64,000 nt of DNA from a bacterium. Its GTDB lineage: Bacteria > Patescibacteriota > Minisyncoccia > Phycocordibacterales > UBA9973. The stretch covers positions 335,505 through 399,504 of the forward strand of contig JBAXXQ010000001.1 in assembly GCA_037127795.1 (NCBI GenBank). Direction: 5' to 3'. The notes beneath the pieces are model-generated. The model made no database searches, was not told the origin of the DNA, and saw only the letters and a list, made by a program, of their open reading frames with translations. The position numbers were made by a program, and so were the translations under genes. Positions 19,410 to 29,446 of the stretch are shown here, one piece after another (the first letter of the stretch is position 1; the number at the start of each line of letters is the position of its first letter).

Positions 19410-20822
19410 ATGGAAAAACAGTATTACGCAACAATTGGATTGGAAATTCACGCAGAGCTCAATACAAAAAGTAAAATGTTTTGTAGTTGTAAAAACGATC
19501 CCGATGAAGAAAACCCAAATATAAATATCTGTCCGGTGTGTATGGCGCATCCAGGGACACTTCCTGTACCCAATATTGAAGCTATACAAAAAGTAATACA
19601 AGTAGGACTCGCACTCGGTTCAGATATTGCTGATTTTACAGAATTTGATCGTAAAAACTATTTTTATCCAGATATTCCAAAGGGGTATCAGATCTCTCAG
19701 TACAAATTCCCTATAGTATCAGGCGGGAAGCTCAATGATTTTGCTATTACTCGTATTCACCTCGAAGAAGACACAGGACTTTCAAAACATGATAGAGGAG
19801 ATTTTTCTTTGGTGGACTACAATCGTGCTGGTGTACCGCTCATGGAGCTCGTCACAGAACCAGTGCTTCATAGTGCAGTAGATGCTGCAAATTTTGCTCG
19901 TGAATTGCAATTATTGCTCCGTACGCTTGGGGTTAGTGATGCAAATCTAGAAAAAGGAGAAATGCGCGTAGAGCCCAACATTTCTATTTCAGACAATCCT
20001 GATGTGTTTGGTACAAAAGTTGAAGTAAAAAATCTCAACTCATTCAAAACAGTAGAAAAGGCTATTGCGTATGAGCTCGCACGTATGCAAGCACTCTATG
20101 AAGCAGGAAGACAAAATGAAATAGTGCAAGAGACTCGTGGCTGGGATGAAATAAAGCAGTCTACTTTTTCACAGCGTTCAAAAGAAAATGCAAACGACTA
20201 TCGATATTTCCCAGATCCAGATATTCCAAAATTTTATCTTTCAAAAATGTTTGATATGGAAAGTCTCCGTGCAAATCTTGCAGAATTGCCAGCTCAAAAG
20301 CGTGCTCGATATGCAAAAGAATTTGGTCTCAAAGATGCTGATATAGAATTTTTTGTACAAGATAAAAAGCTTGCAGATTATTTTGAAACTATTACAAAAG
20401 GTAAAGATAGTCTTTTTGCACAAACAACAGCAAACTATATTATCACTGATGCATTGGGAAGAATCGCAAAAGATGCAAATCTCAAACTTCCTTCAGAAGC
20501 AGACTTTGGCGCACTTATTACTCTCATTGTAGAAAACAAAATCACTTCTCGTGGAGCAAAAGATATATTAGGATTTCTTTTGCAAGGAGAGACAGATCCT
20601 ATATCGCTTGCAGAAACACATGGTTTGGTACAACAAAACAATACAGATGCGCTTATTCCTATTATTCAGGGTGTCGTAGATGCACAGTCAAAAATTGTTG
20701 CAGACTACAAAGCTGGTAAAGAGGCCGCATTACAGGCCTTGCTCGGTATGGTAATGAAAGAGACAAAAGGTGCGGCAAACCCAGGTATTGCAATGCAGAT
20801 TTTGAAAGATTTGCTGAAATAA
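19410..20822 (+). CDS. gatB: Asp/Glu-tRNA amidotransferase subunit B
   Basis: IGLEIHAEL, RKNYFYPD, HLEED, EVKNLNS, YRYFPDPD. Confidence 0.97.
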   Translation: MEKQYYATIGLEIHAELNTKSKMFCSCKNDPDEENPNINICPVCMAHPGTLPVPNIEAIQKVIQVGLALGSDIADFTEFDRKNYFYPDIPKGYQISQYKFPIVSGGKLNDFAITRIHLEEDTGLSKHDRGDFSLVDYNRAGVPLMELVTEPVLHSAVDAANFARELQLLLRTLGVSDANLEKGEMRVEPNISISDNPDVFGTKVEVKNLNSFKTVEKAIAYELARMQALYEAGRQNEIVQETRGWDEIKQSTFSQRSKENANDYRYFPDPDIPKFYLSKMFDMESLRANLAELPAQKRARYAKEFGLKDADIEFFVQDKKLADYFETITKGKDSLFAQTTANYIITDALGRIAKDANLKLPSEADFGALITLIVENKITSRGAKDILGFLLQGETDPISLAETHGLVQQNNTDALIPIIQGVVDAQSKIVADYKAGKEAALQALLGMVMKETKGAANPGIAMQILKDLLK

Positions 20823-20843
20823 CTCTCGTGGTATACTAAAGCC

Positions 20844-21869
20844 ATGAATACAATAAAAGTTGCCATTAATGGCTTTGGAAGAATTGGTCGAGCATTTTTG
20901 AAAATTGCCTGGACACACCCAGAAATCGAAATTGTTGCAGTAAACGATCTCGGCTCTATGGAATCTCTCGCATACTTGCTTCGCCACGATACTGTCTACA
21001 GAGATTGGGGGCATGATGTCAAAATTGTTGACGGTGGGCTTTCTATTGATGGTAAGTTTGTAAAATTCGTTTCAGAAAAAGATACTACCAAGCTTCCTTG
21101 GGGTGAGCTCGGTATCGATGTGGTAGTAGAGTCTACTGGACTTTTTACTGCATTTGATAAGGCACATTTTCATATTGATTGTGGTGCAAAGAAAGTGGTT
21201 ATCACTGCGCCTGCAAAAGGTGGTGATGCGACAGCTCCTGGAGAAACAATCTTGCTCGGGGTAAATGAAGAAAAGTTTGGTACTTGCGCAATCACTTCAA
21301 ATGCGTCTTGTACAACAAATGCAGCAAGTCCAATCATTGGTATTATGGCCGAAGCGCTCGGTATCGAAAAAGCTATTTTGAATACTGTTCATGGGTATAC
21401 TGCATCTCAAGCTCTTGTCGATGGTCCAAGTAAAAAAGATCTCCGTGAAGGACGCGCAGCTGCACAAAATATTGTCCCTTCATCTACTGGTGCTGCTATT
21501 GCGGTGACCAAAGCATATCCTGCGCTCGATGGGCTTTTTGATGGTATCTCTATCCGTGTCCCAGTACCGGCAGGTTCTATTGTAGATGTGACCTTTATTG
21601 CAAAGCGCGATACTACTGCACAAGAAGTAAATGATATTCTCAAAAAAGCAGCAGCAGACCCTCGTTGGGCAAATGTATTTGCTATCACTGAAGAGCCACT
21701 TGTATCAAGTGATATTTTGGGAAATAGTCATGCAAGTATTGCAGATCTCGAAATGACACGTGTCGTAGGCGGTAACTTGGTAAAAATTCTCGGCTGGTAC
21801 GACAATGAAATGGGATACACTCACACACTCGTAGAGCACGTAATCAAAACAGGGAAGACAATAAAATAA
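20844..21869 (+). CDS. gap: type I glyceraldehyde-3-phosphate dehydrogenase
   Basis: INGFGRIGR, SNASCTTN, WYDNE. Confidence 0.97.
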   Translation: MNTIKVAINGFGRIGRAFLKIAWTHPEIEIVAVNDLGSMESLAYLLRHDTVYRDWGHDVKIVDGGLSIDGKFVKFVSEKDTTKLPWGELGIDVVVESTGLFTAFDKAHFHIDCGAKKVVITAPAKGGDATAPGETILLGVNEEKFGTCAITSNASCTTNAASPIIGIMAEALGIEKAILNTVHGYTASQALVDGPSKKDLREGRAAAQNIVPSSTGAAIAVTKAYPALDGLFDGISIRVPVPAGSIVDVTFIAKRDTTAQEVNDILKKAAADPRWANVFAITEEPLVSSDILGNSHASIADLEMTRVVGGNLVKILGWYDNEMGYTHTLVEHVIKTGKTIK

Positions 21870-21870
21870 T

Positions 21871-22296
21871 ATGACCTGCCAGGCATACCATTATTTAGGG
21901 CGTACAACTACCTCACAAAAAGGTTTAGCTCAAATTAATCTTACTTATAAAAAAAGTGTTTCTTACAAGATTAACTCATGGTTGTTATTGTTACTACCAC
22001 TATTTGCGATAGTAAAAAAATCGTTACTAGCTTTTGATATATTCATTTTATTTATTTTACCAATTCATTTTATTATATTAAATAGAGTTAGTAAAAAATT
22101 TTCTGATTCAGAAGTTAAACAAGAAATTTTATTAATTTTAGAAGATCAAAAAAAACATAGTAATAAGTTAAAATCATATATAGAAAAACATGATAAATAT
22201 TTTAAGATATTAGGAAGCTTTTTAAAATTAATATCTATTGTTTTAATTATAGTTAGTATCTTATTATTTATTTATCTTATTAGAAACATAAAATAG
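21871..22296 (+). CDS. AT-rich membrane hypothetical protein (start uncertain)
   Basis: three hydrophobic segments. Confidence 0.5.
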   Translation: MTCQAYHYLGRTTTSQKGLAQINLTYKKSVSYKINSWLLLLLPLFAIVKKSLLAFDIFILFILPIHFIILNRVSKKFSDSEVKQEILLILEDQKKHSNKLKSYIEKHDKYFKILGSFLKLISIVLIIVSILLFIYLIRNIK

Positions 22297-22317
22297 TATG
22301 ATTATGACTATAAAAAA

Positions 22318-22497
22318 ATGAAAAAGATTATTTGGCTATTACTAATAATAATACTAGGAGTAATTTTGTTTGTTCCTAAATTTACTCGTACACGAAATAC
22401 TTCCACTTGTATTTGTTTTGTTGCCGGCCCGTGTCCTGCTTGTGATCTTGAGCAAGTATCTTTATGGGATATTATAAAAGATAGTTTGATCAAATAA
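22318..22497 (+). CDS. 59-aa membrane-anchored Cys-rich protein
   Basis: MKKIIWLLLIIILGVILFVPK...CICFVAGPCPAC...; below ORF-track cutoff, co-oriented with neighbours. Confidence 0.6.
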   Translation: MKKIIWLLLIIILGVILFVPKFTRTRNTSTCICFVAGPCPACDLEQVSLWDIIKDSLIK

Positions 22498-22501
22498 TAC
22501 T

Positions 22502-22825
22502 ATGGAATCATATACACCAAGTCCTGAATTTATACGGGCGAGTAAGAATTGGGAAGAGAAAGGGTTTCTTGGTGTGACAGCGCAAGACCATGAAGATATT
22601 CAAGGTACTCCCGATGATATTCTTTTGGAAAATCCTGGGAAAACCCTTGGTGAACTCATGAGTGACGGTGAAATACGAGAATACATTGTCGAGACACGAA
22701 AAAATATTATTGAAAATAAAGAAACTCCTAAGCTAGAAAAATATAATATAGAATTACAAAAAAATCTTGATGTAACTATTGCATACCTTTCTAGTATTGG
22801 AAGAATGCCTGAAGATCTTATATAA
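22502..22825 (+). CDS. acidic hypothetical protein
   Basis: 107-aa ORF in the + strand gene run. Confidence 0.65.
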   Translation: MESYTPSPEFIRASKNWEEKGFLGVTAQDHEDIQGTPDDILLENPGKTLGELMSDGEIREYIVETRKNIIENKETPKLEKYNIELQKNLDVTIAYLSSIGRMPEDLI

Positions 22826-22832
22826 TATACCT

Positions 22833-22985
22833 ATGCTTAAACATATCGGAGATGTCATATTGATAGTACTAGTATTTTTGCTTGCAGTGTGGTTTTTGCC
22901 AATTGTGCCTACAAAACAAGGAAATGCTCCAGGGGTAAATGCTATACAATTTGAAACTGGGCAACAGTGGTTTTCACAATTATAG
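22833..22985 (+). CDS. 50-aa membrane-anchored protein
   Basis: TATAAT just upstream; MLKHIGDVILIVLVFLLAVWFLP TM. Confidence 0.55.
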   Translation: MLKHIGDVILIVLVFLLAVWFLPIVPTKQGNAPGVNAIQFETGQQWFSQL

Positions 22986-23002
22986 TGGTATACTAGCCAT
23001 AT

Positions 23003-23437
23003 ATGACCATACATATAGCTACAGACCATGCAGGGTTTGACCACAAACAAGCACTCAAGACATATTTGGAATCAAAAGGATACACCGTCGTAGATCACGG
23101 AGCTTTTGCAAAAGACCCCAACGACGACTATCCAGATTTTATTGTGCCGTGTGCGGAAGCAGTGGCAGATACTTTTGGTGATATGGGTATTATATTTGGT
23201 GGTAGTGGCGAAGGTGAGCAAATGGCTGCAAACAAAGTCACTGGTATCCGCGCGTGTGAATACTACGGTGGCAATATAGAGATAGTAAAGCTTTCTCGTG
23301 AACACAATGATGCAAATATTTTATCTATCGGTGCACGATTTGTGTCTATCGAAGATAGTATTATTGCAACGCAGATTTGGCTTGATACTGCATTTTCAGG
23401 AGATGAGAGACATGAACGAAGAATAGAAAAATTTTAA
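23003..23437 (+). CDS. rpiB: ribose-5-phosphate isomerase B
   Basis: ATDHAG, DDYPD, GGSGEGE, SREHNDAN, RHERR. Confidence 0.93.
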   Translation: MTIHIATDHAGFDHKQALKTYLESKGYTVVDHGAFAKDPNDDYPDFIVPCAEAVADTFGDMGIIFGGSGEGEQMAANKVTGIRACEYYGGNIEIVKLSREHNDANILSIGARFVSIEDSIIATQIWLDTAFSGDERHERRIEKF

Positions 23438-23444
23438 TATACAT

Positions 23445-24152
23445 ATGCAAAAAATAATCCCCGCAATACTACCCATGTCATACAGAGCTATAGAGCTCGG
23501 TGTAGAAAAAGTGCACGATATAACAAAAACCGTACAAATTGATTTTGTCGATGGTAGCTTCGCTCCCAATAGAACATGGATATTCAACAACAAAGACGGC
23601 AATATTGTCTCTGAAATTCTCTCACAAGATAGAGGATTGCCATTTTGGGAAGAAGTGAACTATGAGCTCGATCTTATGGTTGCAAACCCACTCCAATATA
23701 TGGAGACATTTATCGCGCTCGGTCCATCAAAAATAATTTTTCATATAGAAGGACTTGATGTAGAAAAAGTAATTACCTATATAGAAGAGCTTCCAGAAAT
23801 TATAAAAGACAGTATTTCTTTTGGTATTGCGATTGGTATTGAGACAGATCCAGAAAGTATTCGCCCATTGCTTCCGTATATAGCGTCTATCCAATGTATG
23901 GGAATACTTCGTGTAGGATTCCAGGCACAAACATTTGATACACGAGTACTCGATCAGATAAAAAAAGTACATGCATTATATCCTGAAAAGATTATTGCTG
24001 TAGATGGTGGAGTAAATAAAGAAAATATAAGTGCACTCGCGCTCGCTGGTGCAAATGAGTTTGTTGTAGGCTCTGCAGTATTTCAAAGTCCGGATATATA
24101 CGGTACAATAGATACATTACGAAGACTATGCAACACAAAATCGACAACATAA
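23445..24152 (+). CDS. rpe: ribulose-phosphate 3-epimerase (divergent)
   Basis: IIPAIL, IDFVDGSFAPN, VDGGVN, VVGSAVF; between rpiB and tkt. Confidence 0.85.
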   Translation: MQKIIPAILPMSYRAIELGVEKVHDITKTVQIDFVDGSFAPNRTWIFNNKDGNIVSEILSQDRGLPFWEEVNYELDLMVANPLQYMETFIALGPSKIIFHIEGLDVEKVITYIEELPEIIKDSISFGIAIGIETDPESIRPLLPYIASIQCMGILRVGFQAQTFDTRVLDQIKKVHALYPEKIIAVDGGVNKENISALALAGANEFVVGSAVFQSPDIYGTIDTLRRLCNTKSTT

Positions 24153-24994
24153 GAGAATTGCAAATACAAGCAAACGATATTCGCGAGAATATTATTTCTA
24201 TGTTACTTACTGCGGGGAGTGGGCATACTGCAGGACCGCTTGGTATGGCAGATGTATTTACTGCATTGTATTTCAACTTATTGCGACATGATCCAGCGAA
24301 TCCATATTGGGAAGATAGAGACAGAGTAGTACTTTCTAATGGGCATATTTGCCCGGTATTATATGCAACACTTGCGCAAGTGGGGTATTTTCCTGTTGCA
24401 GAATTGCAAACACTTCGTACATTTGGATCACGTTTGCAAGGGCATCCACATAGAGAATTCCTCGATATTGTAGAAAATTCTTCAGGACCACTCGGAAGTG
24501 GACTTTCGCAGGCGATAGGTATGGCTATTGCGTCTCGTATTGATACAGGGAAGTCTGGTAGTAGGTTCTTTTATTGCTTACTTGGAGATGGAGAGCTCGA
24601 TGAGGGGCAAAATTGGGAGGCGGTACTTCTTGCTAATAAAGAACGTCTCGGCAATCTTATTGCAATCGTCGATAGAAATAATATTCAAATAGATGGCTAC
24701 ACCGAAGATGTGATGCCTATGCTTGATGTTGCAAAAAAGTTTGAAAGCTTTGGTTGGCACACACAAGAAATAGATGGTAATAATATTTCTGAAATAATAG
24801 ATGCGGTACATCGTGCACAAGGGGTATTTAGTCAGCCATCTGTGATAATCGCACGTACCATACCAGGCAAAGGAGTACGAGAATTTGAGCGAAAATTTGA
24901 ATGGCACGGCAAAGCCCCAAATCCTACAGAGGCAAAAATCGCCCTCGATGAATTGCGAACCTTAGGAGGAAAAATTAAAAGTGAACATAAATAA
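24128..24994 (+). CDS. transketolase, N-terminal (TPP-binding) subunit
   Basis: SGHTAG, DRVVLSNGH, LQGHP, GDGELDEG...DRN. Confidence 0.95.
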   Translation: MQHKIDNIRELQIQANDIRENIISMLLTAGSGHTAGPLGMADVFTALYFNLLRHDPANPYWEDRDRVVLSNGHICPVLYATLAQVGYFPVAELQTLRTFGSRLQGHPHREFLDIVENSSGPLGSGLSQAIGMAIASRIDTGKSGSRFFYCLLGDGELDEGQNWEAVLLANKERLGNLIAIVDRNNIQIDGYTEDVMPMLDVAKKFESFGWHTQEIDGNNISEIIDAVHRAQGVFSQPSVIIARTIPGKGVREFERKFEWHGKAPNPTEAKIALDELRTLGGKIKSEHK

Positions 24995-24995
24995 T

Positions 24996-25991
24996 ATGCT
25001 TAACCCAAATCTCAAACTTAATACAAAAATTTTTGCAGATGATTGCGAACAATTGCCGATTCGGACTGGATTTGGTGAAGGTTTGGCTATTGCGGGAGAG
25101 CAATACAAACATATTGTGGCGCTTTGTGCTGATCTTACAGAAAGTACTCAAATGCATCTCTTTAAGCAAAAATTCCCAGAACGTTTTATTGAAATGGGTA
25201 TTGCAGAACAAAATATGGCAAGTGTCGCTTCGGGTATGGCAGCAATGGGGAAGTATCCATTTTTTTCATCATATGCAATGTTTTCTCCTGGTCGCAACTG
25301 GGAGCAAATACGTACAACTATAGCGTACAACAATCGTCCGTGTGTGATAGTAGGAAGCCATGCAGGGGTCTCTGTAGGGCCTGATGGGGGTACACATCAA
25401 GCAATAGAAGATATTGCTATAACTCGTGTGATTCCTCGTATGACAGTCATTTCTCCTTGTGATGCAATACAAGCAAAAAAGGCAACTCTCGCTCTTGCTG
25501 CAGATAATAAAATCGCATACTTACGTCTCGCTCGCGAAAAAACACCAATCATAACCACAGACGAAACACCATTTGAATTAGGAAAAGGGCAAATCATGTA
25601 TAGACCAGACGGGCTTGCGCATGTCGCATTTGTTGCAACTGGTGCATTGGTAGTACAAGCACTACGCGCTGCAAAGTTTTTGGAGAAAAAAGGAATCAAG
25701 GTATTGGTGGTAAATATACACACCATAAAACCGATTGATGCAGAGCTCCTTGTACAAGTCGCTCGTGAGACAAAAGCAATAGTGACCATAGAAGAACATC
25801 AAGTGATAGGTGGGCTCGGTGGTGCTGTCGCTGAGGTACTCGCGCAAAAATGCCCCACACCTATAGAATTCATCGGAGTACAAGATTTATTTGGACAATC
25901 AGGAACTCCAAATGAACTTATTGAACACTACGGTATGGGGCTTGATGCGATTATGACTGCTACGCACAAAGTGCTTGAGCGTAAAAACTAG
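24996..25991 (+). CDS. transketolase, C-terminal subunit
   Basis: EMGIAEQN, GPDGGTHQ, EEHQVIGGLG. Confidence 0.95.
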   Translation: MLNPNLKLNTKIFADDCEQLPIRTGFGEGLAIAGEQYKHIVALCADLTESTQMHLFKQKFPERFIEMGIAEQNMASVASGMAAMGKYPFFSSYAMFSPGRNWEQIRTTIAYNNRPCVIVGSHAGVSVGPDGGTHQAIEDIAITRVIPRMTVISPCDAIQAKKATLALAADNKIAYLRLAREKTPIITTDETPFELGKGQIMYRPDGLAHVAFVATGALVVQALRAAKFLEKKGIKVLVVNIHTIKPIDAELLVQVARETKAIVTIEEHQVIGGLGGAVAEVLAQKCPTPIEFIGVQDLFGQSGTPNELIEHYGMGLDAIMTATHKVLERKN

Positions 25992-26668
25992 TTGTTATAT
26001 ATAGTGAAGTCGTTATTGCCAGGGATTTTGTCGTACGCATTTTCAAAAAGTTTTTGTATTTCTCGCTCTTCTTTGAGAAGTTCTTGTTTTCTTTTCTCCC
26101 ACAAATCTTCTTCTTCTGATGTTGCAGGGGCAGCATTAGACAAATCTTCTATCTTTTTTTCTATATCTCGCAACTTTTTAATATAGAGGTCGTATTCTGC
26201 TAGAGCTCTTTGTGTTTCTGGGTGTTCCTCTGCTCGTGCGCCGTAGTATCCTTTATATGCAAGTATTGCAGCTTCTAATTCTGTTTCTTGAAGGCGAATT
26301 TCTTGTAATTGTGCATTTAGTTTATTTATTTGCTCAATATCAGGACTAAGAAAATCTGTAATATAATGAATTTTTTGATTGAGTGCTGAGCGTTTATTGA
26401 TAAGTCTATTTAATAACACTTCTGCTTCTCCAGAATTAATTCCTTCAAAATCTCTTTCTTCGAGTATGCGTTGTGCGTCGAGATTGAGTGCTATATCGTC
26501 TGGGGTTTGTGTTGCATGGTATGACTCATAGGGGTCTTTACTGTTCATTTTCTCTGTTACATCTTTCATTGTATTTTCTGCAAGATTTTGCAAAAAAACT
26601 TTTTCTTCATCACTTCTTTCTTCTTTTACTTTTTCAACGATAACTTTTTTAAAATAAGGGAATTCCAT
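25988..26668 (-). CDS. coiled-coil hypothetical protein
   Basis: Glu/Lys/Leu heptad-rich 226-aa ORF. Confidence 0.7.
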   Translation of the reverse strand: MEFPYFKKVIVEKVKEERSDEEKVFLQNLAENTMKDVTEKMNSKDPYESYHATQTPDDIALNLDAQRILEERDFEGINSGEAEVLLNRLINKRSALNQKIHYITDFLSPDIEQINKLNAQLQEIRLQETELEAAILAYKGYYGARAEEHPETQRALAEYDLYIKKLRDIEKKIEDLSNAAPATSEEEDLWEKRKQELLKEEREIQKLFENAYDKIPGNNDFTIYNN

Positions 26669-26680
26669 AAAATATATTGA

Positions 26681-27673
26681 TTAAAATAATAATTCTGGTG
26701 TGTAATTTGCAGGAGCATCTTTGATGTATTGGTCAATTTTTTCTTCGGTAAGGAGCCCTTTTTGTGCGCCGACATATTGTACGACAGACATAGAGTTGAT
26801 TGGTCCCCACATGAGCGCTTCAGAGAGAGATTTACCTTTCAATAATGCGACAGAGATTGTAGATGCAAATGCGTCGCCTGCGCCTGTACGCTCAAATGCA
26901 TTACCTGGATATATAGGCATAAAGTACATTTCGCGTCCGTCTGATGCATATGCGCCATTACCTCCATCACTGATGAATACATATTTTGGTCCCAATGCGT
27001 GCAATTTGCGTATGAGAAACGGTACTTCTTTGGTGTCTGACTTGGTGATAGTTTGTGCTTCTTCGAGATTGCAAAAAAAACCAAATGTATTTTCATAAAT
27101 TTCTTTCAAAACTTCTGTACCGAGCTTGATTTGGAAAGTCCCTGGTTGAAAAATTAATTTCATATCAGGATGTTTTTTTACAAATTCAGCAATTTCGTGG
27201 TGGTACTTTTCTGTATGGTCTCCGAGAGAAGAAAGGTACATCATCTTGGGTGCGACAGCGATATTGGGCATCATGACAGGGTACGCAGTATGTTTGACGA
27301 GAATAGTACGCTCTGTTTCGTACCAGAGGACGTAGTGGTAGTTGGTAGGGAGACCTTCATGCTGGTGTACATAATGAGTATTTACGTGTTGGTTTTTGAG
27401 CTCTTCCATACAGGCGTCGCCTTGGTAGTCTTTTCCAAGATGGGAAATAAGTGCACTCTTTACTCCCAAACGAGCAGCAGCAACAGCCGCATTTGCGCTA
27501 TTGCCGACAGCGCGGACTTCTTCCATAGATTCATACGGGACCTTGTCTCCAAATCGTACACAGAGCTCTTTGGTCTTGTGATCGATACTATCTTGTACCT
27601 CGGCATCACGTAGTCTAATAAACGCATCAGTCACAATATCACCAATCGCCAAAAATTCTATTTCTGTATCCAT
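26681..27673 (-). CDS. PfkB-family carbohydrate kinase
   Basis: GNSANAAVAAARLG, NLEEA, ERTGAGDAF. Confidence 0.93.
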   Translation of the reverse strand: MDTEIEFLAIGDIVTDAFIRLRDAEVQDSIDHKTKELCVRFGDKVPYESMEEVRAVGNSANAAVAAARLGVKSALISHLGKDYQGDACMEELKNQHVNTHYVHQHEGLPTNYHYVLWYETERTILVKHTAYPVMMPNIAVAPKMMYLSSLGDHTEKYHHEIAEFVKKHPDMKLIFQPGTFQIKLGTEVLKEIYENTFGFFCNLEEAQTITKSDTKEVPFLIRKLHALGPKYVFISDGGNGAYASDGREMYFMPIYPGNAFERTGAGDAFASTISVALLKGKSLSEALMWGPINSMSVVQYVGAQKGLLTEEKIDQYIKDAPANYTPELLF

Positions 27674-27763
27674 ATGTCTTTTAGTATATAAAATAAAATA
27701 CCATTGTGTACTATTGACAAAAAGTATAATTTTGGTAATGTATTTTCAAACAAAACATTTAAA

Positions 27764-28423
27764 ATGAAAAGTACATTTACAAAAATCCTGATACTTATAT
27801 GTATCATGGTCATTGCTATACAAAGCAGTGCACAAGACGACACCACCTATAATGTCGTACAAAAAGATCAGAATGGGAAATATACATTGTATAAAGTGAA
27901 CAAGATAAAACAATACCCATTATTTGTATTGGACTCATCTCTTACACAAAAAGAGGTGGACTCAATGAGTAATTTTGTAACAAAGATCTATAGGAATTTT
28001 GATACCGTGTACTATTCTGTTTTCTGGTTATCTGTCAGGAAAGTTCACGTACAGAAAATTTCATATGAAGCATATGGAAAGGTTCAACCTGATCTTCCGC
28101 AACAATACTACATAAAGACTGTTGTTAGGAGAGAAGAATTTCCTGAAATATTTTTATGGAAAAATCTTCTTATATGGATAGGTTCAGTGATAGTTCTATT
28201 TTTTGTTTCTTATTCAATGAGAACATTGGATGTGACGGTAAATATCTATGCTTATTTATGTGTATGTTGTTTTGGTATTGTTTTGATGTTTAATGATGTT
28301 TTTATGCATAATGAAAATTATTGCAATTACCCCGGTTATAAAATTTTTATACCGCCAGTTGTTATTGTTCTTCTTGGTTTTCTTTTTAAATTTCTATTTA
28401 ATAAGTATTTAAAAAAGAAATAA
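27764..28423 (+). CDS. exported protein with C-terminal TMs (AT-rich cassette)
   Basis: signal peptide ending SSA-Q; TTGACA (27714) promoter; terminator 28428-28463. Confidence 0.7.
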   Translation: MKSTFTKILILICIMVIAIQSSAQDDTTYNVVQKDQNGKYTLYKVNKIKQYPLFVLDSSLTQKEVDSMSNFVTKIYRNFDTVYYSVFWLSVRKVHVQKISYEAYGKVQPDLPQQYYIKTVVRREEFPEIFLWKNLLIWIGSVIVLFFVSYSMRTLDVTVNIYAYLCVCCFGIVLMFNDVFMHNENYCNYPGYKIFIPPVVIVLLGFLFKFLFNKYLKKK

Positions 28424-28498
28424 AAACAAACCCCTCGATATAGAAATATACTGAGGGGTTTTTATTTATGAGTAAAGCAATATTTATTTTAAAAAAAA

Positions 28499-28930
28499 TT
28501 ATTTATTAAAATAATAAATAATAAAAATACCAAGAAAAATAATAATACCTCCAATAATAGTTGAATTACTTATTTCTTGTTTAAATAAAAGATAACTAAA
28601 TAAACCTATAAATATAGGATAAGATATTTCGACAAGTCCTGAAAGGGTAGCATTTTTGGTGACTATAGAAAATCCAATACAAAGCTCTGCACAAATAAGC
28701 AATACAATACCACTGATAATATAAAAGAGTAATTTTTTCGAAGATGAAATCGTTGCTATATCATTTTGTAAATTACTTGAAAAATACGAAATTAAGAGTG
28801 TTACAATAAAAACCGCAAATGACGCAAGTGCTAAATAAGTAGAAACTGAAATCCTTTTATATATTTGTTCATTTAAAACATACCCAATACCCCAAAAAAG
28901 TGATGCTCCGAGAGCGAATAAAATCCACAT
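28499..28930 (-). CDS. EamA/DMT family transporter (single domain)
   Basis: MWILFALGASLFWG...VEISYPIF...LFKQE...IGGIII. Confidence 0.85.
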   Translation of the reverse strand: MWILFALGASLFWGIGYVLNEQIYKRISVSTYLALASFAVFIVTLLISYFSSNLQNDIATISSSKKLLFYIISGIVLLICAELCIGFSIVTKNATLSGLVEISYPIFIGLFSYLLFKQEISNSTIIGGIIIFLGIFIIYYFNK

Positions 28931-28981
28931 ATAGCTCAGTATACCATTTTTATGACAAGAAAAATGTAGTATAGTTATTAC

Positions 28982-29398
28982 ATGGGAAACAATTATATTG
29001 ATCATACAAATGAATTTTCTTTTTTGCTTAAGCCGTCACTATATGGGGTTGGTGTATTTGCAGCTCATGATATCAAGAAAGACACTTATATGCGATTATT
29101 TGGAGAAGGTAATCCTCGTCGTTTATTAAAAAAAGAAAGTATACCAGAGCAGTTTAAGGATTTTTGTGCACATAGAGAAAATTTTTTAATCTGTCCTCCC
29201 GATTTTGGGTATATGCCTGTAGGGTGGTATTTGAATCATTCTCAAGAACCTAATACAGAACCACGAGGAGGATATACAGAAAACGGATATGCTTTTTATG
29301 CAAAAAGAGACATAGTGTCTGGTGAAGAAATAACTATAGATTATAACGCCTTAGAAGAACCAGAGGATACAAAAGAAGATTATTATAAGAAGCTCTAG
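28982..29398 (+). CDS. SET domain protein
   Basis: GVGVFAAHDI, YLNHSQEPN, RDIVSGEEITIDY. Confidence 0.92.
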   Translation: MGNNYIDHTNEFSFLLKPSLYGVGVFAAHDIKKDTYMRLFGEGNPRRLLKKESIPEQFKDFCAHRENFLICPPDFGYMPVGWYLNHSQEPNTEPRGGYTENGYAFYAKRDIVSGEEITIDYNALEEPEDTKEDYYKKL

Positions 29399-29446
29399 TA
29401 TTTAGATTATAGATAGACTTAATATTAATATTACGACGAAAAAATA

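Noticed and set aside
21871-21887. ATGACCTGCCAGGCAT as remnant of a palindromic repeat element
   Set aside because: Too short and single-copy in this window
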